Assembly: GCF_006345805.1 (NCBI RefSeq)
Contig: NC_043011.1
Span: 27,416,464-27,480,463, forward strand
Length of the DNA: 64,000 nt
Source of the DNA: Octopus sinensis
Lineage: Eukaryota
Reading direction: 5' to 3'
Shown piece after piece: positions 12,370 through 23,345 of this stretch. Each line of letters starts with the position of its first letter. Positions within the stretch are counted from its first letter, which is position 1. The notes below the pieces were generated by a model. The model was not told the origin of the DNA and ran no database searches. It saw nothing but the letters and a program-made list of their open reading frames with translations. The position numbers were made by a program, and so were the translations under genes.

Positions 12370-12935
12370 TATAAATTAGAGAAAAACCACTGTTATGTAG
12401 TTCAAACGACGATAGACATAAAACATATCATATAGAAATATAAGATATATGATAAAACATTTATCTAGATCACAAAAATACATAATAATAAATAAACAGT
12501 ATATATTAAGTAAAAAGACTACGTAAGTTTCGTGGCTATAACTTCAATTCGAATTACAATTAAATTTAAATTTAATCGATCCACAAACAATTAAATTTAA
12601 AAGTATAGTCACTCCTCAGGTCAACAATAATAACAATAATAGTTAAATAAATACATATTTTTAATAGATAATCAAACAGAATTAAACAATATTTTTTAAA
12701 GAATAAAAACATGATTCTTCTTATAGAAGAGATTCCGTTAACTAAATTTGAAACTTAAAAAGTAGGACCAGGTGTTTATAATACATTTATCACGTTAAAA
12801 ACCTAAGGTGTTTAACGTGATAAATGTTTTTCTCTAATTTATATATATTATATATTTATATTGTGAAATTTAATTTAATACTAAATTGAATTTTTTCCTG
12901 TAAGTTTGGACTTATACTCCCTAATATTATTATTA
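12370..12935 (-). mobile_element. HHR-bearing pLTR-like element with short inverted end
   Basis: aaattagagaaaaac (12374) mirrored by gtttttctctaattt (~12826); 17 bp hairpin at ~12784-12828; flanked by TA-rich tracts. Confidence 0.6.
12517..12622 (-). ncRNA. type I hammerhead ribozyme
   Basis: Minus: GAC-CTGAGGA-GTGACTATA..TATAGCCAC-GAA-ACTTACGT-A-GTC; stem II 8 of 9 paired, stem I only 3 bp. Confidence 0.7.
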
Positions 12936-13001
12936 TATACATGTATATATATATATGTTATGTCTATCTCTCCAGTTTCTATTTTAGTCTATCTATCTAT
13001 C

Positions 13002-13071
<70 letters not shown>

Positions 13072-13176
13072 ATAAATAAATAAAAAGTACATAAAGAACA
13101 GGACATTACCAACGAATGAAAAACATGTAAACACATAATGAAAGACAAAAACCGGATAAAATACAAAAAAGAAACC

Positions 13177-13239
13177 TAGCCCCTCCTCAGTTGTCGACTA
13201 TTAATTAATCCCTATTTCGTGCTATCAACGACAAAATGG
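13177..13239 (-). ncRNA. non-circularly permuted hammerhead ribozyme candidate
   Basis: CCAT-T-TTGTCG-ttga-TAGCAC-GAA-ATAGG..14 nt..CGACAA-CTGAGGA-G-GGGCTA; stem III has a bulged A, stem II one mismatch. Confidence 0.55.
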
Positions 13240-15019
13240 TAAACCTTCATAAACAGCAGCATTCTGAAACTTTAAAAATATAAAATTTGTTGAGAGTTAG
13301 AGCTTCGAACGAACAAAGAATGAGAGAGTTAGGCGAAACACATTGTAATGGCTAACGCCTGTCTACAGTAGGTTTCTCTCTCTCACTCTCTCTCTATATA
13401 TATATCTGTCTATCCCCTTCCCTTCTCTCTATTTCTCTCCTTGGAATCTGTTGCTAATTTACAGATTGATGGTGTCAGAGAAGTAGAAGGAATTCTGATA
13501 TCTTGAAATACTACTTCAGATAGGTGCGAGTTTACTACAGCACTACATCGTCCATGCTTGACACAATATAAATACAACACTGTTTTAAGTCATTTTATCA
13601 AATTTGTTGCAATATATCCTTTTCAGAAATAGAAACCTACAGGTTGTCACTCTATATATTTTCCATGATACAGTGGAGACAGCGAGAGAGTGCCCTAAAT
13701 ATAACAAAGGCAAGATTATCTTCGAACAAAACGCAATTGGATTTGGTACGGTCGTGTCGTTAAGAAAATTGCTCCATAAGTATATGCTTTCGGCAACTTG
13801 GGTAGGTCTCTGTTACCAAAGTCTCAGGTCAGCCAAAGCTTTATCAGTGCCATTTGGTTGACGGAAAATGTATGGAAGCCCAACAGTGGACTGATTCTCA
13901 GTCAATGTTGCTGCACTTAATGCATCGTCCGTTCAACGCTATCATCTTTGCTTTTACTTCGTTTCAAGCATTCAGGGCAGATCTCCGGTCTGATGATAAC
14001 TTCTACCACCTTTCCTATCAGTCTTGGAATCACGAAAATAGGTTACGTGTAGCCCTTATTTTGCTGACTAATTCATAAGGAAAATAAAACGAATATTTGG
14101 GAAGGACTCATTGGCTAATGATAATGTGATTTTACTTTACCGTAAAGGCCTGAAAAAATGAAACTGTCACGGTTGGAACATCTTTTATCAGACTTGGGGT
14201 TAACAACAATAGTAACACGATTCCATTTCTTAGTCCTATTAACCAATAGAAGGCACATAAGAACACCAGTCGTTTACTGATAAGTTTTTGGTAAATCAAT
14301 TTGAGTTTGAGTATTTATTTTTACAGAATTAAGTTTTACAGAATTAATTATTAATCGCTTTATTAATTATTCAAATGAAAAAGAAATGTCTTTTCAAAAG
14401 GTTAATGAGATTCTGATGTTACATGTGAATTAGAAAAATTAGTAATTATCTATTAAAATATCAATTTTAAATTTATACGATTTATCATTATTTTAAAATC
14501 AACCATTCTTTTTTTTCTCTAATCTTCTAAATGATTGCACATTCTGTTCAATTAATGTCAGATGAAACCATATCACAAATTGTGAACAGTGCAAGAAATC
14601 TCAAATTTTACATTAGATAATTTAAAAATAGCAATGGAATATGTTTCGTATATAGCAATAGGCATGACGGTATTTAAGAAAGTGGCTTCTCAAAGACTTA
14701 AGACTGGGTTCGATCCACCCCCAGCCGGACACATTTCGAAAGTATCTTTTTCTGTAACATAAGTTTAATCAATACTTTGTAAATAGAATTGGGTTGAAGT
14801 AAACTGCATCATGTATTAATATATATGTGTATGACCGTGTATGCTCTTTGAAATTTTCTATCTCCAACTGTAAATATGAACCCAAAATCTACCAGTCTGA
14901 AATAAGTATTGGGATCGATGTGATCAACTTTGGAACGTTCGAGATTGTGATCTAGCATGTATGACTGCTGCGTATATTAAATGAAAGAAGTAAATGAGTA
15001 ACATATAAATATATGCATA

Positions 15020-15214
15020 CGAGGGGCTGCTGGAAAGAAAATATGAGTATCAGTTAATTATGATTTTATTCAATATATTCCTCTCTAAGATTATAACACT
15101 TATTGCAGCGGTCCTTCAATTTTTCTAAGCCCTGTGAAAGAACTCGGAAGGTTGTGCCTCAAACCAGGCATTTCGCAACACCCTGAAAACCAGGAACTTT
15201 TCAGCACCCCCTCG
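15020..15214. mobile_element. mariner-type MITE
   Basis: Imperfect TIRs cgaggggctgctggaaag / cttttcagcaccccctcg flanked by TA on both sides. Confidence 0.75.
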
Positions 15215-15300
15215 TATATATGATGGACTCCCCCGTTGGTTTCAACGTATGAGGATCCGACAATCTTTATCAGTCATAATGCTTATATCGAATGTAACAT

Positions 15301-18300
15301 TTGAGTCACGCCAAAGATTTCATAGAAGATATCAGGGCGCGGAACTTAAATGTAATTGTCGCTACTGAGACACGAATCGAAGGGCCAAGAGATCTACTCC
15401 CGCTCATGGAAGGCTATGAGAAATTTATTTCTCCTGGACGGCATGTGGGCGGGAGTGGGGTGTTGGTTCTGCTTAAAAAAGATAGTGTCGCAGAGAAAAA
15501 GTTGATTTTTTTCTGATTCAGAAGGTAGGCTGGTCGTCTTAGATCTGACGTTCAGTTGTGGTAAAGAAATCAGGCTGGTGGCGGTGTATGCACCTAATAC
15601 GGGTCAGACTGATTTTTATCGAGGCTTGGAGAAGTTTCTTGGCACGTCAAAATCCATAGTCATGTTAGGGGACTTTAATGCCATAGTCGACGCGCGCGTC
15701 GATGGCATTGGCTCGAAAGATAGGAAACCAAACGCTGGCTTCCGGGATCTACTGAGTCACTTTCAGCTGGTAGATCCCTACAGACTTGAATTCCCGAACG
15801 CTCCACAGTGGACGTGGTTAAGTGGCGACGGGTCTATCGGGTCTTACATAGACAGAATTTTTATTAGAAAAATAGATAAAGGATTAGTTAAGTGTCCACA
15901 GTTTCACACGGTCAGTTACAGCGATCACAGGATGGTCACTGGCGAACTGAACCTAGATAAGTTAGGTAGTAGGGGATCCGGCTACTGGAAACTCAATAAG
16001 TCCCTCCTGGCTATTGAGGAGTACAGAAAGCGGATCGAGTTAGTAGTGAAGAGGGCGTTAACCGGTTCCATTATTAACAACAAATGGTGGTACGCCCTCA
16101 AAAGAGCCATAAAATACGAGTCCGTTAGATACAGCATAGGTCTAGCAACTAGCGGGCGTAAGAAAGAGATGGGGCTAGTTAAGGCCTTAGAGGAAGCCAT
16201 GAGAGCTGGCGATGGGGCCCAGGTTAGGCTGAAGAGACTGGAGTTGAACCAGCACCTCGAAGCCCAACATATGGGTTGTATCGTCAGAGCTAGAATTCGC
16301 GCAATGGGGTGCGAGGGTATCAAGGCTGCCGGATGGGCACGAGTTGTGGAGGCTCAACGTGGAAACGATTCCACAATTAAGTCTGTGACGAATGGGCGAG
16401 GTGATGTGATCACCGAACCAGAGGAGATGTGTCGGACGTTTCAGGAGCACTTCGCTCGGCTCTTTGGGGGCGACGGCGGACCGGAGGAGAGGGTGGACCT
16501 AACGGACATCCTCGCCGGGCTGCCGCGCCTCTCGGGGCAGGATGCGGAGAGCTGTGAAGCGTCGATCTCGCCTGAGGAGATAGCTGAGGTCCTGGCCGAC
16601 TGCGGTGAAGGCAAGGCGCCGGGGATCGATGGTTTACCTTACGAACTATATAAAAGAATGCCAGACTTGTTCGGGAACGTGCTGGCCGGCGTTTTCACGA
16701 ACTGGCGGCAGAATGGGTTCATTCCCAGATCTGTACGTCGGGGAGTGGTGACGCTGATCAGGAAGGACCCGAGCAAGGGGGATAACATAGACAATTTTCG
16801 GCCCATCACACTGCTAAACACAGAGGTGAAGATTTTGGCCAAGGTGTTAGCGAAAAGGTTGACGCGTGTCGCGGGTGGTCTGATCGGGAAGGCACAAACT
16901 TGTGCGGTCCCAGGAAGAACCATCCAGGACAATCTTCACCTAGTACGCTACACAATAGAGAGGTTTGGGAATGACTCTGGCAAGGGTGGGGCATTGGTCC
17001 ATTTAGACCAGAGTAAAGCGTTTGATAGGGTGAACCATCGGTACCTGGTGTCCGTGCTGGCGCAGTTCGGTCTGGGCATTGGCTTCCTCAGGTGGATCAT
17101 ACAATTGTACGATAACATCGACTCGATCGTTCGGGTGAATGGCTTCCTCTCGAGGCCGTTCCGCATCAAACAGTCTGTTCGTCAAGGGTGTCCGCTCTCC
17201 CCGATTTTGTATGTGATGGCTCTTGAGCCATTGCTGCGAAAGCTGAGCGCCATCCCGATGAATCCAGGAGGTGGAGGATCTGTGACATCGTATGCGGACG
17301 ACATCACCATCATCGTGACCGAGGTGGAACTCCTACGTAATGTGGGAGATGCCATCAAGGCTTACGAGACGGTGACAGGAGCAAAGATTAACCGGGAAAA
17401 ATCGGTCGGCTTGCAACTCGGCACCTGGAGGGGCAAGTCGATGCCTTCGAATAGCATCGTGGGATGCTGGACGGAGGGCCCGGTTAAGCTGCTAGGGATC
17501 TGGTTTGGTCCAGGTCTCCAGATAGAAAAGAACTGGTCTGAGGTGTCGGGCAAGGTGGCTCACGCGGTCGGGACTTGGTCCGGACGGTGGCTGTCCTTGA
17601 AAGGGAGGGCGGAGGTGGCCAATGTGTTTTTAGCATCGGTCATCACCTACCGCCTGACCGTCGTCCCTTGTCCGGATTCGTGGTTGAGCAAGTTGGAGAG
17701 ACAGATCTTCCACTTTTTGTGGAAGGGAAGTGCTCCTCTTGTAAGACGTTCTATCTGCTGTCAGAAACCGTTAAAGGGTGGCTTGGGGATGCCTTGGCTG
17801 ATGATGCGCAGAGATGCGCTGAGGTTAAGGCACCTTTGGCTCTACCTGGATGGTGAACGGGTGTGGTCCCCGCTTGCGAAGCAGATGTTCCCCAGCTTTG
17901 TCAGTTTCGGTGGCAGAGAAACCTGGTTTCGTCGCAGACTTAGATCGAGCATGTGGTATTCGGAGTGCCATAAGGCACTCTGCCACTTCCGCAAGTCGGG
18001 CAATGCCGGCGGCTTTGGTACCACCGCAGCTTTTTATAGCAGGTTGGTAGAGGCCGGAAATGACGATGCCTTAGGAAGGACCTTGGGCCTCGATAGAAAT
18101 CAGTTGGACAGCCTGTTCCGAAGGACGTTCGGGCCGAAGACATTGGATAACTTCCAGAAGTCTTTGACCTGGCAATGTTTCAGAGGAACTTTACCCGTCG
18201 GGATAAACTCACAAGGCATGGTTGGAGTGGACCATCGAACTGCCCAAGATGCGAGCGGGATCTGGAAACAGTCTCGCACGCTATTGTTCAGTGTCCGAAG

Positions 18301-18803
18301 TCTCGGACGTGTGGGTATATGCCGAACACCTGTTGTCGGACGGAAGAAGAGTACAGCTATCGGCTGAGACAATTATAAAAATTGACTCGCCTAGCTTTTT
18401 GACAAGTGAAGGTAAGCATTGCTTTCTCAGTACAGTAGCAGTAGCGAAAGAGTGTATATGGAAGACCAGAATGAAAGCGGTAACGACAGGCACCGTGATC
18501 TCTGGCTCCGCCTTGGTGACCTATTTCAGGTTCCACCTAAAAAGAAAGGTGGAGTTGGAGAAGAGGTGTCTGTCTGCGTGTGAGTTCGATAAAATATGGA
18601 AGCGTGTGGCACGGTTGCTGCGAGTGAGAGGAGCCACGTAAACATGCTGTAGGTTGGCTGCCGAGTTTCGGTGGGAATAGCAGGGCTCGTGGGGTCGGCA
18701 ATCCTGGTGTTCCCGCTTCATGTGTTACCTTTATGTTGTGTTGTTGTTGTATATCATTCGATTTATCCGATTTTTTGTAATTTTTTTATAAAAAAAAAAA
18801 AAA
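15301..18803 (+). mobile_element. Tx1/L1-clade LINE, ORF2 region with 3' UTR and poly(A)
   Basis: APE endonuclease (ATETR, VYAPN, GDFN, SDH), RT and CCHC (CPRC..ETVSHAIVQC); poly(A) 18790-18803; ORF1 absent; 5' boundary uncertain. Confidence 0.95.
15578..18367 (+). CDS. LINE ORF2 endonuclease-reverse transcriptase, main open segment
   Basis: GYWKLN, KAPGIDG, NFRPITLLN, DQSKAFDRV, QGCPLSP, YADD, KGGLG; frameshifts near 15513, 18200 and ~18300 join it to the flanking ORFs. Confidence 0.92.
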   Translation: MAVYAPNTGQTDFYRGLEKFLGTSKSIVMLGDFNAIVDARVDGIGSKDRKPNAGFRDLLSHFQLVDPYRLEFPNAPQWTWLSGDGSIGSYIDRIFIRKIDKGLVKCPQFHTVSYSDHRMVTGELNLDKLGSRGSGYWKLNKSLLAIEEYRKRIELVVKRALTGSIINNKWWYALKRAIKYESVRYSIGLATSGRKKEMGLVKALEEAMRAGDGAQVRLKRLELNQHLEAQHMGCIVRARIRAMGCEGIKAAGWARVVEAQRGNDSTIKSVTNGRGDVITEPEEMCRTFQEHFARLFGGDGGPEERVDLTDILAGLPRLSGQDAESCEASISPEEIAEVLADCGEGKAPGIDGLPYELYKRMPDLFGNVLAGVFTNWRQNGFIPRSVRRGVVTLIRKDPSKGDNIDNFRPITLLNTEVKILAKVLAKRLTRVAGGLIGKAQTCAVPGRTIQDNLHLVRYTIERFGNDSGKGGALVHLDQSKAFDRVNHRYLVSVLAQFGLGIGFLRWIIQLYDNIDSIVRVNGFLSRPFRIKQSVRQGCPLSPILYVMALEPLLRKLSAIPMNPGGGGSVTSYADDITIIVTEVELLRNVGDAIKAYETVTGAKINREKSVGLQLGTWRGKSMPSNSIVGCWTEGPVKLLGIWFGPGLQIEKNWSEVSGKVAHAVGTWSGRWLSLKGRAEVANVFLASVITYRLTVVPCPDSWLSKLERQIFHFLWKGSAPLVRRSICCQKPLKGGLGMPWLMMRRDALRLRHLWLYLDGERVWSPLAKQMFPSFVSFGGRETWFRRRLRSSMWYSECHKALCHFRKSGNAGGFGTTAAFYSRLVEAGNDDALGRTLGLDRNQLDSLFRRTFGPKTLDNFQKSLTWQCFRGTLPVGINSQGMVGVDHRTAQDASGIWKQSRTLLFSVRSLGRVGICRTPVVGRKKSTAIG

Positions 18804-20070
18804 GTTCATTTTTTCTGTAAATACCATCTGTGTCTCATGACCCCAAATCATGATGTATTGTCCCATTCTTCGTTGGCCCCTTGTGGGTAATAAAGAAATC
18901 AAAGATTTCATAGAAGTCCGCATATGTTGCAAGTATGAGGAATACAGGTCAGTGCAGGCAGTATATTTGCAGCCGTTTTCTCCTTTGCCTTGCGCCCATA
19001 AGCCGGTTAATGCTGGTTGAAACAAAGTTTCTTATACCCCATTTTGACAGGATTATCTCCATTTTGTTAGTTCCAAGGATGTTTGCTCCACGGTGCCGTG
19101 AGCTACAAAGAATGAAAAGGGCATTAAACCCGATTCCAAAATCAGGTCTGTAAAGCTGCCATTCGAAATAAGTAAGGATTGAACAGTAAGCAAAGTTTCG
19201 TATCATACATTTGCTACAACTAATAATGTTCATTGATTAGTTATCATTAATCGTGATCGTACAACCTCTTGCAAGAAGCAAATCAACTCTATGAAATTTT
19301 CTTTGGCACAGGATAGAAAGCGAATTTGAAAGTTATATATTATATAAATTATATTCAATTATATAGTATATAAATTATATTATACACATTCATTTCACAA
19401 TTCTCTTTGAAATATCGGTAATGTTATTCTTTTTATTCGAATACCCAAGACATAAATTAATATTCTACTTCTATTTTTTTTATATGCAAAGTCTACCTGC
19501 TCATTCAAAATTCTAATTTCTGTTTTATGTGATATTTTAGGTATTCTATTTTTTGTAGGGGACGCTAAATTATACGATACCGTTCGACTAGCTATTTCCT
19601 ATCAGATTATTCAGCTGCTCACAGATGACAGTATTGAGAACGAGAACCTTGTTATCTATCACATAAATCTGTTGTAATTTGTATGGCGCAGCCTATTTAA
19701 TGTATGTGTTTGCTACCTGCTTATGTATTCATTTAAATGGTGATGAAGCAGCAGTGAATATTATTTTCGTGTTATATTCAGCTTATAAAGCAATAAATCA
19801 GTCGTCGCTGGGTTTTCATTCAGTTTAAGAATTGAGTATATAATAGATAGTACCATTTTTTTTCATCTGTAACCGGGAATCATGTTATTTTCACAAAGGA
19901 TATATCACACTATATTTATTTTGTTCTTCTCTTGATTGTATTTGTTATTTTCTTTTAATTTCTCTTATCCTTTTTCATCGTTTGATTTGATATGTCTTCT
20001 TTTACTTCAGCTGCTATATCAAATTTAGAGTTCTATTCTAGATAAAACATTTTTGTGCTGGAGAATGACT

Positions 20071-20116
<46 letters not shown>

Positions 20117-20823
20117 CGTAGTTTTTATATTATCTATTGGTATGTACAAGGATATTTCCATGCAACGACAGTAACTATAGCATTACCTCATTGTCCTGTA
20201 TCATCTCCATTGAGAGTATAAATAATCAAGTTGATAATGCAACCGAGACAATAGCTCCAAAACTCGGTTTCATATCATGGGCGAAATATCAGTTTTCGAC
20301 GATTGTCGAGATTTATTTTCCAATTCCCGTAATTGCTTTCATACTGGTAAGCAATTATGAACTCCAAATAGAAGTAACTCAAAATAATCAAGAAAGGTAG
20401 AATAATATTTCAGATCAGATTTTAACACACACATAAATGCATACATGCAGCCATTCACACGCATATATTATACAGAGACACACACACACATATACACAAA
20501 TACATACATGCATTCGCACGCACACACACACACACACACACAGAATTGTATAGACATAATCAAAAATGTACACAATTCGTTCTTATTCATCGTTGGTGTT
20601 AAAATACAAGAAACTCTTCGTTCTAAGTTATTTCCTTTAGTGCATCTCTATTTTATGCAAATTACCAAAAGCGCAAATGTGTTGCACTCTTTTTTTTTTG
20701 AGCTATGTATTTTTCCTGCCAGATTGAACAACCACTGTGCTAATGACACATATTGAGGGAGAAACACGTTTCAACTGTTATCAACGTGCCGCTAGAGATT
20801 CAGTGTGTCTTTTCCTTAATGCT

Positions 20824-21021
20824 ATTTTCTTTTATTCCTTTACTTCTTTCAGTCATTTGACTGCAGCCGTTATGCTGCACCGCTTATTCTTTGCAAGCCA
20901 AGTACTTATTCTAGCGGTCTCTTTTGCCAAACCATTAAATTACGGGGACGTAAACACACCAACATCGGTTGTCAAGCGGTGGTGGGGGCATAAACAACGA
21001 CGCAAAAAGACATATATACAT

Positions 21022-21064
<43 letters not shown>

Positions 21065-21239
21065 TATATATATATATACATACATACGACGAGCTTCCGT
21101 CTACCAAATCAACTTACAACGCTTTCGACGGCCCGAGGCTATAATAGAAGACACCCAAGGTGCCACGTAGTGGGACCGAACCCGGAATCATGTGGTTGGG
21201 AAGCAAGCTTCTTACCACACAACCACTCCTGCGCCTATG
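20824..21239 (-). mobile_element. SINE, family 1
   Basis: Colinear with 906-1326. Confidence 0.8.
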
Positions 21240-21419
21240 TTAATTTTTGTAGAAAACTTGATTGTTGATATTGCTCTTCTTTCTAATTTATAGTTGGCCC
21301 CAGTTGCCACGAAACAATTCTCTAAAGGGGAGAAAGTTTCAATATAAGAAGGATTTATTTTGTATAACATTTAATATACACTTGTTCGTCTTTACACATG
21401 TCCACACACGCGCGTGTGC

Positions 21420-21453
<34 letters not shown>

Positions 21454-21457
21454 GTAT

Positions 21458-21992
21458 GATAGGGATGACCACTAAGTGGACATCCATTATGCTAGAAGAA
21501 GATCACCTACGATCTAACTACAAAGGAAAGAATGTTCTCTAGAGAAATTCAGCAAACACCAGAACATAAGCTGGTAAGACAGATGAAAATATACAAAATA
21601 CAGAATTAATCGCAGACCGGTTTCGCCATCAACGATTTTACTTACGTAATCATCCTCCATGTACTCTTCAGCACGATCGTTCCAATTCAATATAATTTTT
21701 AGAATTATAGACTAGTTGTCCTTATAAAATTAGACATGTGTATAGTTCTTCCGTTTACATTGGAGTTATTTTCAAATGTCTAAGTGCTGAATTTCTCTAG
21801 AGAACACTCTTTTCTTTGTAGTTAGATCGCAGATAATTTTCTTCTAGCATATTGGATGTCCACTTAGTGGTCATCCCTATTATAAGCATGTATTACAATT
21901 GTTCTGAATTTTCAGATTTTTCCATATGCTAGGCTACTGGTTTTAAATTGATGTTAATTAACTTAATATTCAGTTTATCGCCTTCATTATTT

Positions 21993-21997
<5 letters not shown>
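21458..21997 (-). mobile_element. HHR-bearing element with diverged inverted repeat, homologous to 7561-8489
   Basis: 21459-21560 mirrored at 21783-21881; shares ctacaa.gaaa..tctctaga..aacaccagaac..gacagatgaaaat and ctactggttttaaattgat with the 7561 element; in (TA)n. Confidence 0.75.
21609..21677 (-). ncRNA. type I hammerhead ribozyme
   Basis: Minus: ATCGTG-CTGAAGA-GT(A)CAT..ATGGC-GAA-ACCGGT-C-TGCGAT. Confidence 0.7.
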
Positions 21998-22057
<60 letters not shown>

Positions 22058-22489
22058 ATATATATAGACATAAACAAAAATGTGCACAATTCTTTCTTAT
22101 TTGTCGTTGGTGTTAAAATACAAGAAACGTTATATAAAATAATGGTGGCTAGAAAAAAAAACATTATGTTATGACAGGGGAGATAACCGCAGCACAGCGG
22201 GCGAGATCAGTACACTAGCAAGCTAATTTCGCTTGGAATTAAAGCTCGTCAGGAGTAATTACTATATCATTTATGGTTAAGCTAAATGCTACTTGTCAGT
22301 ATATAATATTTACCATATGAATCAGCAAAATGGCAATGTGATAATTATAAAATAACGAAGGTGGTTCGACGCAATATAAAACCGAAATAGAAAATTTCAA
22401 TTATCACTTAAAGTGATAGAAGGTAGAGGATATCACCTACATTGATAAAAAGATTGCTATATATACCATGATATTGATGAGGCTCTCGG

Positions 22490-22722
22490 ATTGTATCATA
22501 CACCGCTGGTTACAATGCACATCGCGTTGTTTTAGCTTTCGAATGATGGCGTCTCGCTTCAACGGAATGCCATTTCGTCGCATGTTTGCTCATTTATAAC
22601 TGTGTGAAGCCGAACGTGAAAAGTAGAGTTTTGCTGAATAACACAGAATGCAACCCGTGTAGAGATCGAAACCATGACCTCGAGATCCTGAGCACAACAC
22701 TCTTACAACTAAGCTATGCGCC
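22490..22722 (-). mobile_element. SINE, family 3 (diverged)
   Basis: tgctgaataacaca..gagatcgaaacc..ctaagctatgcgcc similar to the family 3 head and central domain. Confidence 0.5.
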
Positions 22723-23061
22723 TTGACACACATAACCACACACACACACACACGTATACACACATATACTTACAACATACACTTATACAGTATACACGTT
22801 ACTGTATATATATAAAAGTTTAGTCGGTGTGTGAGCATGTATGCCGATCACGTTCTACACTTTTGTATGTAAGTATCGTAATTTATCCATCCGGTGTTAG
22901 CAAGGTGCTGCATCAATTATACCTACTTTGTCGCCTCTCATACGTCGCTTTGTTAGTTCCAATCAATATGTTTCCTTTCTCAGGCTGTAAGCTGACAGAA
23001 TTGTTAAGATGGACAAAATATTTAGTGGTATTTTTCCTGCCTCACGTTCTGTGAGGTCGAC

Positions 23062-23345
23062 TTAGCCTTTCATGCCTTTGGCGTCAATAAAATAAGTGCC
23101 AGTTATTTCCTTGCCCTCCAGGGGCTGGCTCACGAATACGCAAGCTCCTTCGGGGGAGTCAAACAGCAACCATACCGTTGCATATTTGATCCCTCGAGAG
23201 ATAAGCTTAATGGTTGGCATATATTCTGCCAACTCCTCAATCATTTTTTTCTTGAAGACGGCGATAGTGTCGAGGGTCTTGGAGTAAGCCCTCGACAACA
23301 CCGTTTTCTTTTCAAATTCCTCTGTGGTCGACATAATAGGCTTAC
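23062..23345 (-). pseudogene. Tx1-like LINE ORF1 N-terminal fragment
   Basis: MSTTEEFEKKTVLSRAYSK..IKLISRGIKYATVWLLFDSPEGA resembles the RRM-like ORF1 region; by-eye assignment. Confidence 0.45.

Larger units (their letters stand above)
20550..22128. repeat. 65 bp dispersed direct duplication (20550-20614 and 22064-22128)
   Basis: atagacataa..aaaaatgt.cacaattc.ttcttatt..tcgttggtgttaaaatacaagaaac occurs twice. Confidence 0.75.

Noticed and set aside
18786-19233. Overlapping short ORFs just 3' of the Tx1 element
   Set aside because: No recognisable domain or consistent splice sites.
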